Shown here: in pieces, positions 1 to 28,682 of the stretch
How positions within the stretch are numbered: position 1 is the stretch's first letter
Layout of the letters: every line of letters begins with the position of its first letter
Assembly: GCF_964355755.1 (NCBI RefSeq)
Contig: NC_092673.1
Location: forward strand, 8,184,001-8,248,000
Reading direction: 5' to 3'
From: Antedon mediterranea
Lineage: Eukaryota > Animalia > Echinodermata
Length of the DNA stretch: 64,000 nt
Made by a program: the position numbers and the translations under genes
The notes under the pieces: model-generated
What the model saw: the letters and a program-made list of their open reading frames with translations, nothing else
Told to the model about the DNA's origin: nothing
Database searches by the model: none

Positions 1-1504
1 CATAAAAGCAATATGTTTATTTATTAATGTTTTCCTATATTTTATTCTGTCTGTCTTTCAGTGCTACAATATACACATATTATTTTGTATATATTTTGAT
101 TAATTCCTAGTTTGATTTAATTCTAAATAAATATGTATTAAACTATTAATACTAATTTGTAATCTATTTAGCTATTATCAACAATGTAGTAGAAATATAT
201 ATATATTGGTATAAATGCTGATACTACCTTATGTTTATTATTTGACAGATTTTGTGCTTAATAAGGTTTGTAGTTAAAGGTTAGCAATTTTCTTGGGTAA
301 CATTTATTGACCATAATTTGTTTATACTGTATTTCAAGAGAAAAAATGTTGTGGTTTAGTTTATTGTTTTATAAAGATATTTTAGTAAACCATTATAAGA
401 CTGTTTGATATCAGTATTATTCATATTTTATTTTTTATTTATGGAGATAGCATATTATGCAAAATGAAATTTATCATAAACATTGGTTGCATATAAAAAA
501 AGTGAAAATGTATTACTGCTGGGATCCTAAAATAAAAATGTGGGTGAAATCACAGTCAATAGAAAGTAAATGACTATGGTGAAATGTTTGCACTCTCATA
601 CACAATCTCACTGTAATGTTTAATAACTGGTGTATCCAACTAGAATGCTATTTTGTAGCTTATACAGAGAGTTGAGAGAACTTAGGAGTTTGTGCTTGAA
701 TATTATTTTATGTTTAACCAGGGAGTCATATCCAAGCATTATACAAATAATTAAAGATGTATTGTTCCCAAAAACATTAATGAAATAAAAAAAATCAGAC
801 TTTGAATAGACCATTTTACAGTTTTAATAAAGTTGTTCACTTTCGGATTTTATTAATCTTCATTTTTCATCATTGTGTTGCACAACATTTTTACCAAAAC
901 TTGAATGATGCAATTTACCCAAATAAAGCATGTCACGTTATACATAATCAACCAATCATAGCAAGGATGCACACCCATATGGTCTAATAATAGGTTGTCT
1001 GCCTAATGAGTCTGTCAGATGCCCTAGTAAGTGAGAGCATAAAAAACTGTTCACTATATTGCCAATACTGCTTCTTCATACTGTATGTGTGTAAAGATTT
1101 TATCTCTGTCTCTGATACAATTTGCAAGTTTTGCTTTATATTGTGTAAAATATTTGTTTATCAATTATCATAAACGCTTTATTTTTATACTGTATTAATT
1201 TTTCTGAAATTAGTTCACATTTCATTAGATTTTATGTGTATGTACATTTCTTAATTTATTACAGTGTAGCAAATTTCATTATTTTCTGTAGCTTTAAAAT
1301 GAATATATTGTGATGAATATTGTAATGAAATGTACATTGTAATTGTTAAACATTTTACGAAAAATGTATGATTTCTCGAAAACATTACATAGGATAGCAT
1401 TATTCATTAATTTGTTTTCTGTGTAAAAATTGCATTTGTTGTAGTAAATTTACTAAATGTATATATCTTATGCAATTTCTAAACTATTATATGTAATCAC
1501 AGAT

Positions 1505-2000
1505 ACTTGTCCTAGTGTAGTATACATGCATAGGCATTTAGAGCTATTAAAGAAATTTGTCCATGGAGCTATACTAACTATATTTATATATATAATATGT
1601 TGTGCCCAAGTGCAGTTAAAAGATTCATTTTGAGCTATTCTGGAGAGACCTGTCAAGTGTGTCATAGTGCAGTTATAGATGCCTAGGCATTGTGAGCTCT
1701 TCTGGGAAGACAGCGATTTATGTCCTAGTGCAGTTAAAGATGCCTAGACATTTTGAGCTATTCTGGGAAGACATAGCAAGTATGCCATGATGCAGTTAAA
1801 CATACATGCATTTACAGCTATTCTGGGAAGACATAGCGAGTATGCCATAATTGTGCAGTTAAACACGCCTATGCATTTAGAGCTTATCTGGGAAGACATC
1901 GCAAGTATTCCATAGTGCAGTTAAACATGCCTATGCATTTAGAGATTTTCTGGGAAGACATAGCAAGTATTCCATATTGCAGTTAAACATGCATAGGCAT
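1505..2000. repeat. Tandem repeat, ~62-bp unit, about 7 diverged copies
   Basis: Recurring GTGCAGTTAAACATGCCTATGCATTTAGAGCTATTCTGGGAAGACATAGCAAGTATGCCATA. Confidence 0.85.
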
Positions 2001-2424
2001 TTAAATATTTTGCTATTTAGCCTGTAGGAATCTTTCTTAATTTACACAGAATGTTTACAGTTCAAAATAAGTTTACTTTGAAATCCTATTTTAGTTCTTT
2101 ACATATAGAAGAAAATGTTTTGTTCATTTTGATGTTTTGGTATAAAGGATTGATTCGTTGGCATTTTTGAAAATGCAAACATCTATTAAGTGGTTGAATA
2201 AAATGCAACTTGTAAAACAGCCTGTAGTTTTTAGTTTACTGTTTGCATAAAAAAAGACGGATCTTAAAGCCATTCATGAACCTGTCAGAACCCTTTCCAT
2301 AGCCGCGTGTAAAACCTGCTACTATCCTAAAATTTCTTAGTGGAAACAACTGTATCTATCAACTTGGTTGAAAATTATCGTCGAATAATTTGATGGTGCT
2401 CTTTTAATTAACAAGGCCAACAGT

Positions 2425-2525
2425 CATAAGTCGCGTGCTAAAACGCATAGTGATACCGGACCGACAGACAGACCGACCGACCGACATAGTGAACTATAGA
2501 GTCGCGTCCACGCGACTAAAAACTA
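2425..2525. mobile_element. Helentron/DINE-like non-autonomous element end
   Basis: (GACA/GACC)n microsatellite, stem-loop AGTCGCGT-CC-ACGCGACT, A-run and a repeated GTCGCGT. Confidence 0.5.
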
Positions 2526-2713
2526 ATTTACGTACGTACGTAGAGATTGATTTTAAATTTACCTTTTCTAATCTAATTGCATTGAAGTGAGAAAAAGAGC
2601 GATGGCGGTCGCGTATTTCGAGGAAGCAGTCCAACATCGAGAAACGTGATTATATGAGTTTCTATCATGGTGACTATAACTAAATGAGGAGGACCTATTC
2701 TTAATTAGGCTTT

Positions 2714-2784
2714 GCCACGTTGAAACACTGGTTCTCGTCAGATCACCGAAGTTAAGCATCTGGGAATAAATAGCGGGTGCTGTA
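2714..2784 (+). pseudogene. 5S rRNA-derived fragment with internal deletion
   Basis: CCACGTTGAAACACTGGTTCTCGTCAGATCACCGAAGTTAAGCA...CTGGGAATA...GGTGCTGTA follows invertebrate 5S rRNA; the central box C region is missing. Confidence 0.75.
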
Positions 2785-2829
2785 TACGGAGCTGGGGTCC
2801 CGTTAGGCATTTGAAATCAGCACTGCTGA

Positions 2830-3185
2830 GTCACGTGTTAAATTTAAGATCCTGCTGCTGGTGTTCCGATGCCTAAATAGCTAGTTGCGCTCCAAAATAT
2901 CTCTCAGAATTGTTGACATTCAAGAAGGGAAAGCGAGAACTAAGATCCAGTCATCAGGTGGTGCTACTGGACATTCCAAGGAGCAAACATAGTTGGGGAG
3001 ATCGAACTTTTAGTGTTGCTGGACCTAGGCTCTGGAACCACCTACCCTTGAACATTAAACACACATCATTATTGAGTCACTTTAAGTCACTACTCAAAAC
3101 TCACCTTTTCTGATTTTTTCTACAGCGCCATGAGCAATGAATGTTGGAATGGCGCTATATAAATCGAACGATTGATTGATTGACT
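2830..3185 (+). mobile_element. L2-type LINE 3' end
   Basis: ORF2 C-terminus GDRTFSVAGPRLWNHLP...FKSLLKTHLF, then GCGCTATATAAAT and a (TGAT)n tail; second copy at 32430-32960. Confidence 0.85.
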
Positions 3186-4074
3186 GCTGACTCTTATGGC
3201 AGCCCCTGCATCTAGTATCTGCCTCAGACCTCTGGTCAAGGTGGGCACTGGACGAGAGAAGCCCTTGATCAATGTTAGGACCAATCAAGGTGCTTTAAAC
3301 AGTCCTGGCTTTGTTTGTATCAAACCTGTTAGTGGCAGTAATTATTGCTGTTGGTTTCGATAATAATTGGACAAATGGATCTCAATAATAAATGTTATCG
3401 ATTCGTGGGAATATATTCATTCAATTCTGATAGGATGTGTAGAATTATGAGTCCCAATTAAGAGGAAGAAACAAAACTATTTCTTCATTGATGCATGACT
3501 TCTGCAGAGATGGACATTTTATTTACACATGTTAAAGCAATGAAAAGCAATACTGTAATAATTGTAATACTGAGGACTGTCGTAATTCTTCCAACTAGAA
3601 TAATGTAAAGGATGTCAACGTACATGCTTGGTGAAATGCGATCAAGCTGACGATGTGCTCCGACGTACTATTTTCACTATGAAAATTACCGTCGAAACGA
3701 TACGTGTTTTTAAAATCTATTTAATTTAAAAAAAAAAAAAAAAAAAATCTTTAAAAAATAGGGGGGGGGGGGCGTACGCCCCACACATTTTGGAGTTATT
3801 ATATTAAAAGTAAAACACAAGGAGTTAGTGGGATTCTTGACTAACAAGTTAGACGGATCTATATTATGCTCTACTTTTGAATCTACCACTGTATATATTA
3901 TCATATAAACTATACGTCTTTAATTCATAAATTTTATTCAAATGATTTATTCATCATATTTGTAAATTTAAACAATTAAGTTCGGTTATACCATTTCTAT
4001 AAATGGCATCGTCAATTTGTAATTTGTTTTCAAAAGTTAAATACTTCTGTATTAACGAACGTATGTAGGCCTAC

Positions 4075-4440
4075 TGTCACACTTTGTAGTACCTGTCGCA
4101 CTTTGTAACAAAACTGTCGCACTTTGTAATACCTGTCGCCCTTTGTAATACCTGTCGCACTTTGTAATAACTGCGCACTTTCCAATAACTGCTGTCGCAC
4201 TTTCCAATAACTGCTGTCGCACTTTGTAATAACTGCTGTCGCACTTTGTAATAACTGCTGTCGCACTTTGTAATAACTGCTGTCGCACTTTGTAATGACT
4301 GCTGTCGCACTTTGTAACAACTGCTTTCACACTTTGTAATAACAAAAGCTGTCGCACTTTGTAATAACTGCTGTCGCACTTTGTAATAACAAAAGCTGTC
4401 ACACTTTTTAATAACTGCTGTTTCACTTTGTAATAACTTG
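4075..4440. repeat. Tandem array of a ~19-25-bp unit (GTCGCACTTTGTAATAACTGCT), probable transposon subterminal repeat
   Basis: Directly visible; produces the spurious ITKCD/LLQSAT ORFs. Confidence 0.9.
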
Positions 4441-4659
4441 CTTAAATTGATTATTTCATAACCTTTATGAATGAATAATCATTACCGCAATACTATTACC
4501 CGTTTCATCAATATTGTTGCGACTCGACTTAACACTCCGCTATGTGTGCACGTGCATTATAATACACTATGAGAGCTAAATATGCTCCACGAGGAGCTCA
4601 TTCGTTCTTTCGGTGTTTGCGCTAAGATAAGGTACGTGTTATTAAATAACCGTTGGTCC

Positions 4660-4942
4660 TAACGCGCGTGCATGAATGTCAAGGTCATTTTAAGAAGTCC
4701 TTAAAATTAGCATTTTAAACTCGTAACCTAATTTAACGTGTATATAATAAGGGTCGGCGTTGTGCATGTTGCAAGATAGTATATCTTAACGCGCGTGCGC
4801 AAAAGTCAAGGTCGTTTTAAGAAGTACTTGAAATTACCATTTTAAACTCGATAACATAATTTAACGTGTATATAATAAGGGTTGGCGTTGTGCACGTTGC
4901 AAGATAGTCTGTTTTTACGCACGTGCACGAAGGTCAAGTTCA
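4660..4942. repeat. ~127-bp tandem repeat, 2 full copies plus a partial one
   Basis: AACGCGCGTGC...GTCAAGGTC...GTTGCAAGATAGT repeated near 4661, 4788 and 4917. Confidence 0.85.
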
Positions 4943-4999
4943 GTACCTAACACCATGAGATCATACAATATTTTCTTATGAAGTCGTCGGCGGTGAACT

Positions 5000-5330
5000 C
5001 TTTCAACCTTCCCTGTCACACGAAGTATATTTCGTTCGCTTAATCCTTTGTAGCATCCGCTGCACGATTTCGTAACTTTTTACATCCAGCAGATTTAGAT
5101 TCGCCAAATGTTTTTAACCACTTTTGATATTGCCGACTTTTTTTACAACTTCTTTTCCATCGAGGTACAATGTCGGTATCGATTGTGGTCCAAGTATCGT
5201 TCTTTATTTCGCCAATATCGAACTACAGCATTTTTTTTCACGCGTACGCTTTGCAACAGGAACGCTAAACTTTCCCTGGACAAGCAAAAGTTTCATATGT
5301 GCTTCATCACTCATTGAATGAATATTACCA
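5000..5330 (-). mobile_element. Degenerate Ginger/integrase-like transposase N-terminal remnant
   Basis: Frameshifted reading MSDEAHMKLLLVQGKFSVPVAKRTREKK..VVRYWRNKER..LYLDGKEVVKKSAISKVV..KSAGCKKLRNRAADA..GLSERNILRV resembles the region preceding rve domains in invertebrate Ginger-like elements (recalled, not searched). Confidence 0.45.
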
Positions 5331-6249
5331 TTTTCCTTTTTTGCATGCGAATTGCAAAAAAAAAGTGCAAACAGCCGAATAGAAAGATATATTTGCTCAC
5401 CATCATAATTTCGATAACTTAGAACTACTTCAATCAACATCATATTCAAGGGAAAGGGTATATTTAACAAACGTTAATTATTCAAGGACTGATTATCTAC
5501 TTCTATGGGAACCTTAAATTAACTATTTAAGCCAAATACTTTTGGCACCATTTTCGTTTACAATCATGACTAGACGAACATTGGTAATTTATAATTAACA
5601 TTAAAATGAAAAGTAAACAAAAGAGTACTTGCCTTCGTTACAAGTACGCCGGAAAATGGATAAATCCTAGAAGGAACTTTGCTGTTAGAGATATAGTTTT
5701 GCTGATGGAAAACACACCCCGCTGAAAGTAATGTAATGTAATGATATAGATATTTAATTGAAGAATAAACCTTGGTATCACAATTCAATTGCGTTCACAA
5801 CTTTGTCCCAGAAAGGTCCAGTGAAGGAATTCTCCAGATGTTTTAATGTCCATTAGGCATAATAATTAGTCCCCCAAAGAAAACAGTTGATTTTACCTAT
5901 GGTAAAACCATTAGATATTGTCACTTTTTAAGCACAGATTTGACAGCCAATCCATCATTGAATTACCTTATATATACAATTAATCAACCCCATCCAAAAG
6001 GTGCCTGGATAAACTTAGGATCAATAGTTAAGCTCAGAGATGATATAATTACATATGCTAATGATCAGAAGCCGATATACCCTCAAGTTTCAGAAGATAT
6101 ATTCAATGGAATTATCAACGTCACTATCAGTTATGTATATTACCTGTGAGGCTCAGTGTTCTGAGAAACATTAGCTTACATTTACTTCTGGTGCTTATTA
6201 GGGGGTGAGCAAACGGAGCAAGTTTTAAATTCTTAAAGTTTCACTCTCA

Positions 6250-9850
<3,601 letters not shown>

Positions 9851-9871
9851 AATACTTCATTCCGTCCAGAT

Positions 9872-10030
9872 GCGTGGTAATCAATGGTACAATTTATAAT
9901 AAGCATATGGCAGCCATAATTTGATGATTAAATACATAAATGTATACGTTTTTAATGGCGGCCATCTTGGAATCCAATATGGTTGCCATATGCTATTATT
10001 ATAAATTGTACCATTGGACAATTACCACGC
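9872..10030. mobile_element. Palindromic MITE-like element just upstream of the pseudogene TATA box
   Basis: GCGTGGTAAT..AATGGTACAATTTATAATA ... TATTATAAATTGTACCATT..ATTACCACGC inverted repeat; related palindrome at 9077-9152. Confidence 0.6.
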
Positions 10031-12589
10031 CTCTTCCCAGAAATTTGGTTTTTCATTTCAACTCCATCTATCTTCATTTTTAAATTCATACTTCAAAATC
10101 GGATTGAATGTACGCATAAAATTGCTTAAAATTGCAGAGAATAAAACAACACCACGGAGTAAAAACATACATGAATCAATAACTTAAATAGATTACTTTG
10201 TAAAGATTATTGGAATTGGGTTGCTAATTTACCAAATTGCACTGTAATAATATGTGGCATTACACGTGTTTAGGCCTACCTGGTGAATAGAATGAATCAG
10301 ACAATAAAAACATCGATAAAGGCGACCTGAATACCTATAGTGGAATGTGTCACAATACTCGAATAAGATTATTTTCAAAGACTTGTCGAACTTCTTTGAG
10401 GAAAACGGAATCAGGAGGATTACGATTTAAAAGAAATCATCGCTAAATGTAAAAATATAAAGGTCCTTTTTATTTTACTAGTTTTAATATTTTTAAGACA
10501 GCTTATATATTAGCAGCTAGATTAAATCTCTGTCTATATAAAACTGTATATGACAATGCATATACAATTGTATTCGTGTAATGGCCACTTATTATTTACA
10601 TTACAATCTAATAAATATTAAAGTATTACTATTAAAAAGCGTTTTTTTTTAAACAACTGATATTCATATAGATACATTTCCGATAAATCCCCACCTTTTC
10701 CATCAGTCCACACCTTTACCATCTATTTTTCTTTCTCGAAATGCGCATGTTTGTGGTTTTCAATAGAACTCCTACCATATAGCATCCTAATATGTGTTAT
10801 TTTTTTTCTAAAATTAATAATATTAATTATGGGGCAGTGTGTATAGGCTTACATATACTTGTATTTATTGTCAAACATAGACAAATTCCCAGTGATGTAT
10901 GTCCACATACTATCTAATTCTGAGGTATCATACCAATAATTTGGTAATACAGCATCTCATTTAAATCTCCATGTGGTTCCTATATCATAAAGGTTATGTT
11001 AAGGGTTAAATTACTTCTAGATACATGTGAAGCACACACATATTCCTATGAATCTGGGTGAACAACCATTAGTTGAACATCAGAGGCTAAATGTAGACCT
11101 ATATGCATAATATTGCTTAATCTGTCGAGACAACACCAAATTTTTGTTCTATAGGATATTATTGTAATTTACTTGTTTTTACAATTGACTTATTCATCAT
11201 TACATTGTTCTGTTTTATGTTGTTTATTGCTAGCACCCTAAATAATTATTATACATTGAAATTGTATAGTAAATAATGGTAATAAATATTTGTCGGTCCA
11301 TATTCCTCAAAGAGAATTCTCAGATATATCGTTGTCAGAATCACTGTATTAAATTGTTGTACTACGTTTTACTTACTAGTTTGGAATAAGTTACTAGTCA
11401 ATAACAATAGGCAGGCTCATACAATTTCCCTTGGTAAGAAATCATTACCATTCGTTAACAAACACATGTATAATCCCACCCACTAATATTTACTATATTG
11501 TGTACTCACGACCACTAAAGACTATACCAGGTTGTTAAACAAAGTAGTATATTGTAAAATTGAAGCGTATATAGAAAAAACATCTCCATATTATGCCCAA
11601 TTTTAAATCTGTTGTAAACAAATTAAACACAACTGAATAGATTCTTTTCATTTGATTGGATAATTGTGAGTCACTCGATATTCAATAGACATATACTGTA
11701 CTATTGAACTATTACGTCAAATGTCAATGTTTCAGCAGCCACAATTTAACCGATGATTAGCCTAACTGATAACAATTAACGAGGAAACTGGATATAACCT
11801 ATTCCTGTCTATAATTATCGATCTTATTCAAATCAGATAATTACTCGATAGTTTTTAACCTTTGACACCATTGTTTCGTTTTGATTGACCGCTTGTGTTA
11901 CTGCAACGATTGATGATGCGCACTATCCGATATAATAACAATAACCGATATTTATTTATTTTTTTACATTTATCATCCGGAACGTTCGACGCGAGGCTAA
12001 AGGCTGCTGTCTGCGCGTTCGAAAATAAGTAACCTGTAAGTAAAGTGCCACGCAGTTTATAGGGGATCCAGTCAAGTCGCACCTTACAAGTCGCCCCATC
12101 ATCGCAAAGTCGCCCCTAAATAGTTTTGTCAGTCATTTGCATAACCACGTATAGTTCAGTAAGTTGCGTTAACACGTACTTCGTTTTCATTTCGCTTCGA
12201 CGAGAACCCATGTGTCACGCTCGCAACATACGCCGCTTGCATTAAAAGCAAATTATGGGCCTAGCTAGGTATGTTTATACTTGCATATTGGGTGATAAAT
12301 ATCTTATTGAAATGATTGTTTGGCTTAATTACAAACATAAATTTAAATTTACAATTTTGTTCTACAGAAATTAATATGATTCTTCCATGTTTCGATACTC
12401 TTTCGGTTACTTTTCAGAAATAAAGGCTCTCGACGCACGTATGTTTTTCGTAATACTTGCGCACACAGAGTGGCCGGAGTTCAAATTGCGTGTTGCGAAA
12501 TAGCGTTAAAGTTAACGTTTACGTGCTTTGGACTTCTGCCTTCTTTAATGAATGGTTTTGATAAAAAGCAGCTGTGTTAATACAACAAA

Positions 12590-12695
12590 TGTGTTTATAC
12601 AATGGTACAAATGATTTCATTCAATGAAAGATGGAATGTTCTATTTCTATCTTTCATCTATGAAATTATTTTTACCATTGCACTCTTAAACCTAC
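12590..12695. repeat. Palindromic dispersed repeat (related copies ~58310-58380 and ~61215-61280)
   Basis: AATGGTACAAATGATTTCAT..GAAAGAT / ATCTTTC..ATGAAATTATTTTTACCATT. Confidence 0.55.
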
Positions 12696-12879
12696 ATTAT
12701 TTGCATAATATTCAACACGACTCATAAATTAAACGTATTCATAAATATCATTCAATGCAATTTATTCATTATATTTGTAATGTTGAACAGTTGTAAAATA
12801 CAATTAGGCCTATACAGTCTATATAAACTGTATCGTCAATTTATCAATTTTCAACTGTTAAATTCTTCTGTAGGCCTAC

Positions 12880-24125
<11,246 letters not shown>

Positions 24126-24417
24126 GATGTAGTCTATACCAAAACAAACACAATTTTCAATGTAAAAAAAATAAAGTAAATCCAGAGAATAGCAGTAAAA
24201 TAATTAAAGCCATCCTCTTATACTTATATATTATTATCATTATTAATACATTTTTTTAAATACTGAAATGACACTTTTGAACACTTGTATACATTTCAAT
24301 AGATGAATGATTAAATGGAGAATCAACAAAACTATGTATGCAATGAACTTAAAATACATGCCAATAAATAGATACAAATAAATGCGACAGAACCAAGAAC
24401 TGCCGCCTGATACATAC

Positions 24418-24510
24418 CTGATCAAGTCTCGTTCAAAATGTGAGTGAGGATGATGGTCCGATGTGCTGCCTTTTAAACACTTCATTCCGTCCGTAATCGT
24501 GGCAATCGCA
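24418..24510 (-). promoter_or_regulatory. Putative core promoter and non-coding first exon of the protease gene
   Basis: TATA-like TTTAAAA near 24471-24477 followed by a short exon ending CAG|GTATGT at 24418. The same block is conserved upstream of the paralog (9789-9870, TATTTAAA). Confidence 0.65.
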
Positions 24511-24789
24511 TCACCTGTCAAAAGTTTTGTCCCACCTACAGATAAGAAGATGTTGATGTCATCAGCAACAATATGTTTTTATTTGTCCTTAATGATACTG
24601 TTTTGCTTTTGTTTTGTCAGCTGCCACGTACCTCCTTGTAGGTGATATGTAGTAAAATGTTATTAGTTTCACCAAAACATTATGTTAAGCACCAGAGAAG
24701 TAAACTAAATATCTATGAAGATGATGGATGGATGAATTGATGAAGATAAAGAAAATGGTGAAGAATGTACAAATATTATTATTATTATG

Positions 24790-27700
24790 TTGATGTTGAT
24801 GGGAATTATAAATAAAATGATGAAGATGATTAAAGAAAAGGATGAATACTAATATATTGATGATGAGGATGATAAATAAAATGATGAAGAAGATTAAGAT
24901 ACTGAGGATGATAGAAAAAATGATGAAGAAGATTAAGGTACTGATGATGAGGATAATAAAGAAAATGATGAAGAATATTAAGGTATTGAGGATGAGGATG
25001 ATAAAGAAAATGTTGAAGAATATTAAGATACTGAGGATGATAGAGAAAATGATGAAGAAGATTAAGATACTAAGGATGATAGAGAAAATGATGAAGAAGA
25101 TTAAGGTACTGATGATGAAGATGATAAAGAAATTGATGAAGAATATTAAGGTATTGAGGATGAGGATGATAAAGACAATTCTGAAGATGATTAAGGTAAT
25201 GATGAGGATGATAAAGAAAATGATGAAGAAGATTAAGGTAATGCGGATGACGATGATCAGGAAAATGATGGAGAAGATTAGGTAATGAGGAAGACAAAGA
25301 CAATTCTGAAGATGATTAAGGTAATGATGCGGATGATAAGGAAAATGATGAAGAAGATTAAGGTAATGGTAATGAGTATGATAAAGAAAATGATGAAGAA
25401 GATTAGGTAATGAGGAAGATAAGGACAATTCTGAAGATGATTAAGTAATAATGAGGATGGTAAAGAAAATGATGAAGAAGATTAAGGTAATGAGGATGAG
25501 GATGATAAAGAAAATGATGAAGATGGTTAATGTATTGAGGATGATAATGAAAATAAGTTTATTCAATTATGCTACTTACAATAGAATAGTTAAGTATGGT
25601 ACAAATTATAACAGAATAGTATTTTGAAAGAGCACATACAATGTAATATTTTTTTACATTATGGTAATGAATATAATAGTTTTTTTTGGCAGTATAGAAC
25701 ACATAGAATTTAATTATTATTTTTTACAGTATGGTAATGAGTAGAATAGCATTTTGCAGTATATGTTATTGTTTTTACAGTAGAATATAATTTCTTAATA
25801 AAACAGCATCTGTAACTTCAAACAATAACAACCTTGAGGCTATATGTTTATCAATAGTAAGCCTTATAGGTGGAAGAATAATGAATCTGTAACAAATAGT
25901 TTAAATTAAAAGCTACTCTCTTCTTTAATACTTAAAAAGCTATTTTTTGTAACTTGTGAGGAAAGTTGAAACAAAATACACCTAGGTCTATTGTACTACA
26001 TAATAAGTTAAACTATTATAACGTGTAGTCATTTAGCTAATACACTCATTGACAAAATACCATCACTGACCTAATTAAACAAAATTAAACAATAAGCAAA
26101 CATGTTACTCGAATGAGTGTAATCTTTCACATATGTTGGACCCATATCTTTACAAAACATATTGCAACTAATAGATAATTAAATTTATTACGATAATGTT
26201 ATTTTTTATAATTTGACTTTATCAAAGTAATAATATTTAGATACAATAGCTAAATTATCGGTTAGGTTCTCTTCAAGTCTCCAATTAGTAGCAAATGACA
26301 TCCTATTATCTTTAAATATAAATTCTGCAATATTGCTTCTTGCCTACGTGTCTGCTTGCATCCACCTGTCACTAAATATAAATAATAATTTAGAGACAGT
26401 TACTTAAAGCTTCATATTTTATACCGTAAAACCTCGAAAAAGAGCCCCTGGGCCTCTTTTTGTATAGGAGCCCATCCCGAAAAGAAGCCCCTCTCTTTGG
26501 TCTGCAAAGGTAATCTCGAAATGAAGTCCATCTCGAAATGAAGTCCATCTCGATACCAATCCCACCGAGTGTAAGATTGTACGGGCTTCGTTTCGAGATA
26601 GATTATTTGAATGTAAAAGGAACACGGTGAGATGAGGTTGGGGGGGGGGGGGGTATGTTGTTGGCTAGTAGGGCTAGGGCTAACTCCTAACTTGTGACGC
26701 AGATATGATCTAGTTTTAAATGGTATTTTGATTATGTAAAATTGGCATATCTCTCAAATTATATTATTGTAGTGGAGAATCATAACATATACAGAATTTA
26801 TTTGAAAAGAAAAATAAAGATTCGGAAGTTTTGACTGAAAAGAGCAAAAACATAAAATCCAAGATGTATTGCCTCTGTTTTAATAAATGCTTCTCTATTT
26901 AAAACATTTTTGTACAAAACAATAGTGATTTTATGAAGGAATTTGAACTGAAATTATGTATTTTAAAAAAATAAATCGCGTGTAATACGATATGTCACAC
27001 ATTATGAAACACTTGTACAAGCATATAATCTTTTTTACTGTTATTTTAATATTATGTTACAGTTTGTTATCGATATTGGTATCAATATGAATAAATGTTT
27101 AAAGTCACATAACGGGCTATGATTTCATTTTTTAAAATTCTAATTATCTGAGTTGTTCCAATAATGGTAATTTATTAAATAACAATAGAAAAGGCAAGCA
27201 ATTTAAATATGAAACGAAGTATGTATAAATAATATTAAATATCAAAAAATAACAATGTTGCTAGGCATATTAAAAAAACACTTTTGTTACTCTAAATTTA
27301 ATTACTTTAAAAAAAATATAATACTATTACGGTATCATTTAAAATATTATAAAGATGTATTGTCATGAAAAGTGAAGATTCATAAAAAGACCTTGTAATG
27401 TGTTCATGCCTTTTTGTACTAATCTGTACTGCTGTATGTTATGGTGTAAACACTATTAAATCTCTGGAGGTGTGCTATAACAACTCATGAGAATGTTGCT
27501 AGGCTTACCTAAGCACTGTAGTGCTTTTAACATGTTTGCCACGAGGAGAATTCCCTCTTTTTACGTTTGTATTGTTTGTTGTATATGTGTAATTGTGATC
27601 AATCAATAGCCTATAGGCCATTTTTGAATTCAACCAAAACCACATTGACTTCCAGTCAATTTGACTATTCTTTTGCTTTAAATTTCATGTTTTTCAGGAA

Positions 27701-28115
27701 TTTTTTTTTCTCGATCCAATTTTTGGTCGAAGTGAATTATGTGACATTAAAATGGCATAGTCAATAAACACATTTGTAAAAACTATATATTTTCAGGGGA
27801 ACAATATATCTCTAACAATTAAAAATGATTAAACAAAATGTAAGAAATAAATTAGGAAGCTTATCTGCATAATTATGTGACCAACAAATGTACTCAAAAC
27901 AAGCCCAGCACAGTAGATGAGGATGATGTACAAACTATGCGTGCTTAAATGTCTTTTTTTCTAAATATTAAGCAGAATGTTCCTGAAACGTGGAACTAAA
28001 CCTGTGTTTGATTACCTTATTATTTCTGAAACAAATAACCTTTCTGTCATGAATGATTTAAAATAGTGTCATTTGATTTTCAAAGATAAACATTGTCCAC
28101 CTAAAAAATGTATTT
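24790..28115 (+). repeat. Segmental duplication copy 1 (intergenic, upstream of the protease gene)
   Basis: Colinear with 28855-28935 + 34397-37512, e.g. CATGTTACTCGAATGAGTGTAATCTTTCACATATGTTGGACCC at 26101 and 34873. Confidence 0.9.
24800..25555. repeat. Purine-rich minisatellite (GATGATAAAGAAAATGATGAAGAAGATTAAGGTAATGAG-like)
   Basis: Directly visible; shorter homolog at 28855-28930 and 34400-34575. Confidence 0.9.
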
Positions 28116-28539
28116 TGAATTTTATTTAAATATGTGCCATGATATACAAGACATCTTTAAAAAGACTGCTACAAGTACCTTCGATATTACGGAAAACAAT
28201 AAATACATATACCGGTACTAAGTTATAAATAATATTAAAACAATTTACTAAAATTGTGTATTTGTTTGTATTTACGGTACTTTGCCACATGGTATGTACA
28301 TTCATAAGTACTACTGTAGCAGTGTTGTCACCACTACTAGATACAGGACAAAGATAGAGTAATATGGTTAATGGAACCTATAAAGGATTTCAATATAAAG
28401 AGTCTGTACCTATCCATAAAACCAACTCATTCCAACACATTAGATACTCCGGGCCCATATTGTGGATAATCTACCTCCCTCCAGTTTAGACTCTGCCTCC
28501 CAAAATGGGTTCTGCCCCGTTGCCACATGGTTTTTTGCC

Positions 28540-28682
28540 AGCCGGCCTTTCGCCACCGGCCTATTGCAACCCGGCCTTTTGCCACCCAGCCTGTTGCCAC
28601 CCGGCCTTTTGCCACCCGGCCTTTTGTCACCCGGCCTTTTGTCACCCGGCCATTTGCCACCCTGCCTGTTGCCACCTGATCT
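28540..28682. repeat. 15-bp tandem repeat (TTGCCACCCGGCCTT), probable DNA transposon end
   Basis: About 9 copies; similar short-unit arrays at 7350-7400 and 12065-12120. Confidence 0.75.

Noticed and set aside
1-2230. Possible 3' UTR of a plus-strand gene ending near AATAAA at ~2197
   Set aside because: No coding exon in the window to support it
4030-4426. Three overlapping ORFs with ITKCD/LLQSAT repeats
   Set aside because: Translations of a tandem repeat open in several frames
24685-25428. Long Ile/Phe-rich and Met/Lys-rich ORFs
   Set aside because: Minisatellite artefacts on both strands; array length differs greatly in the duplicated copy
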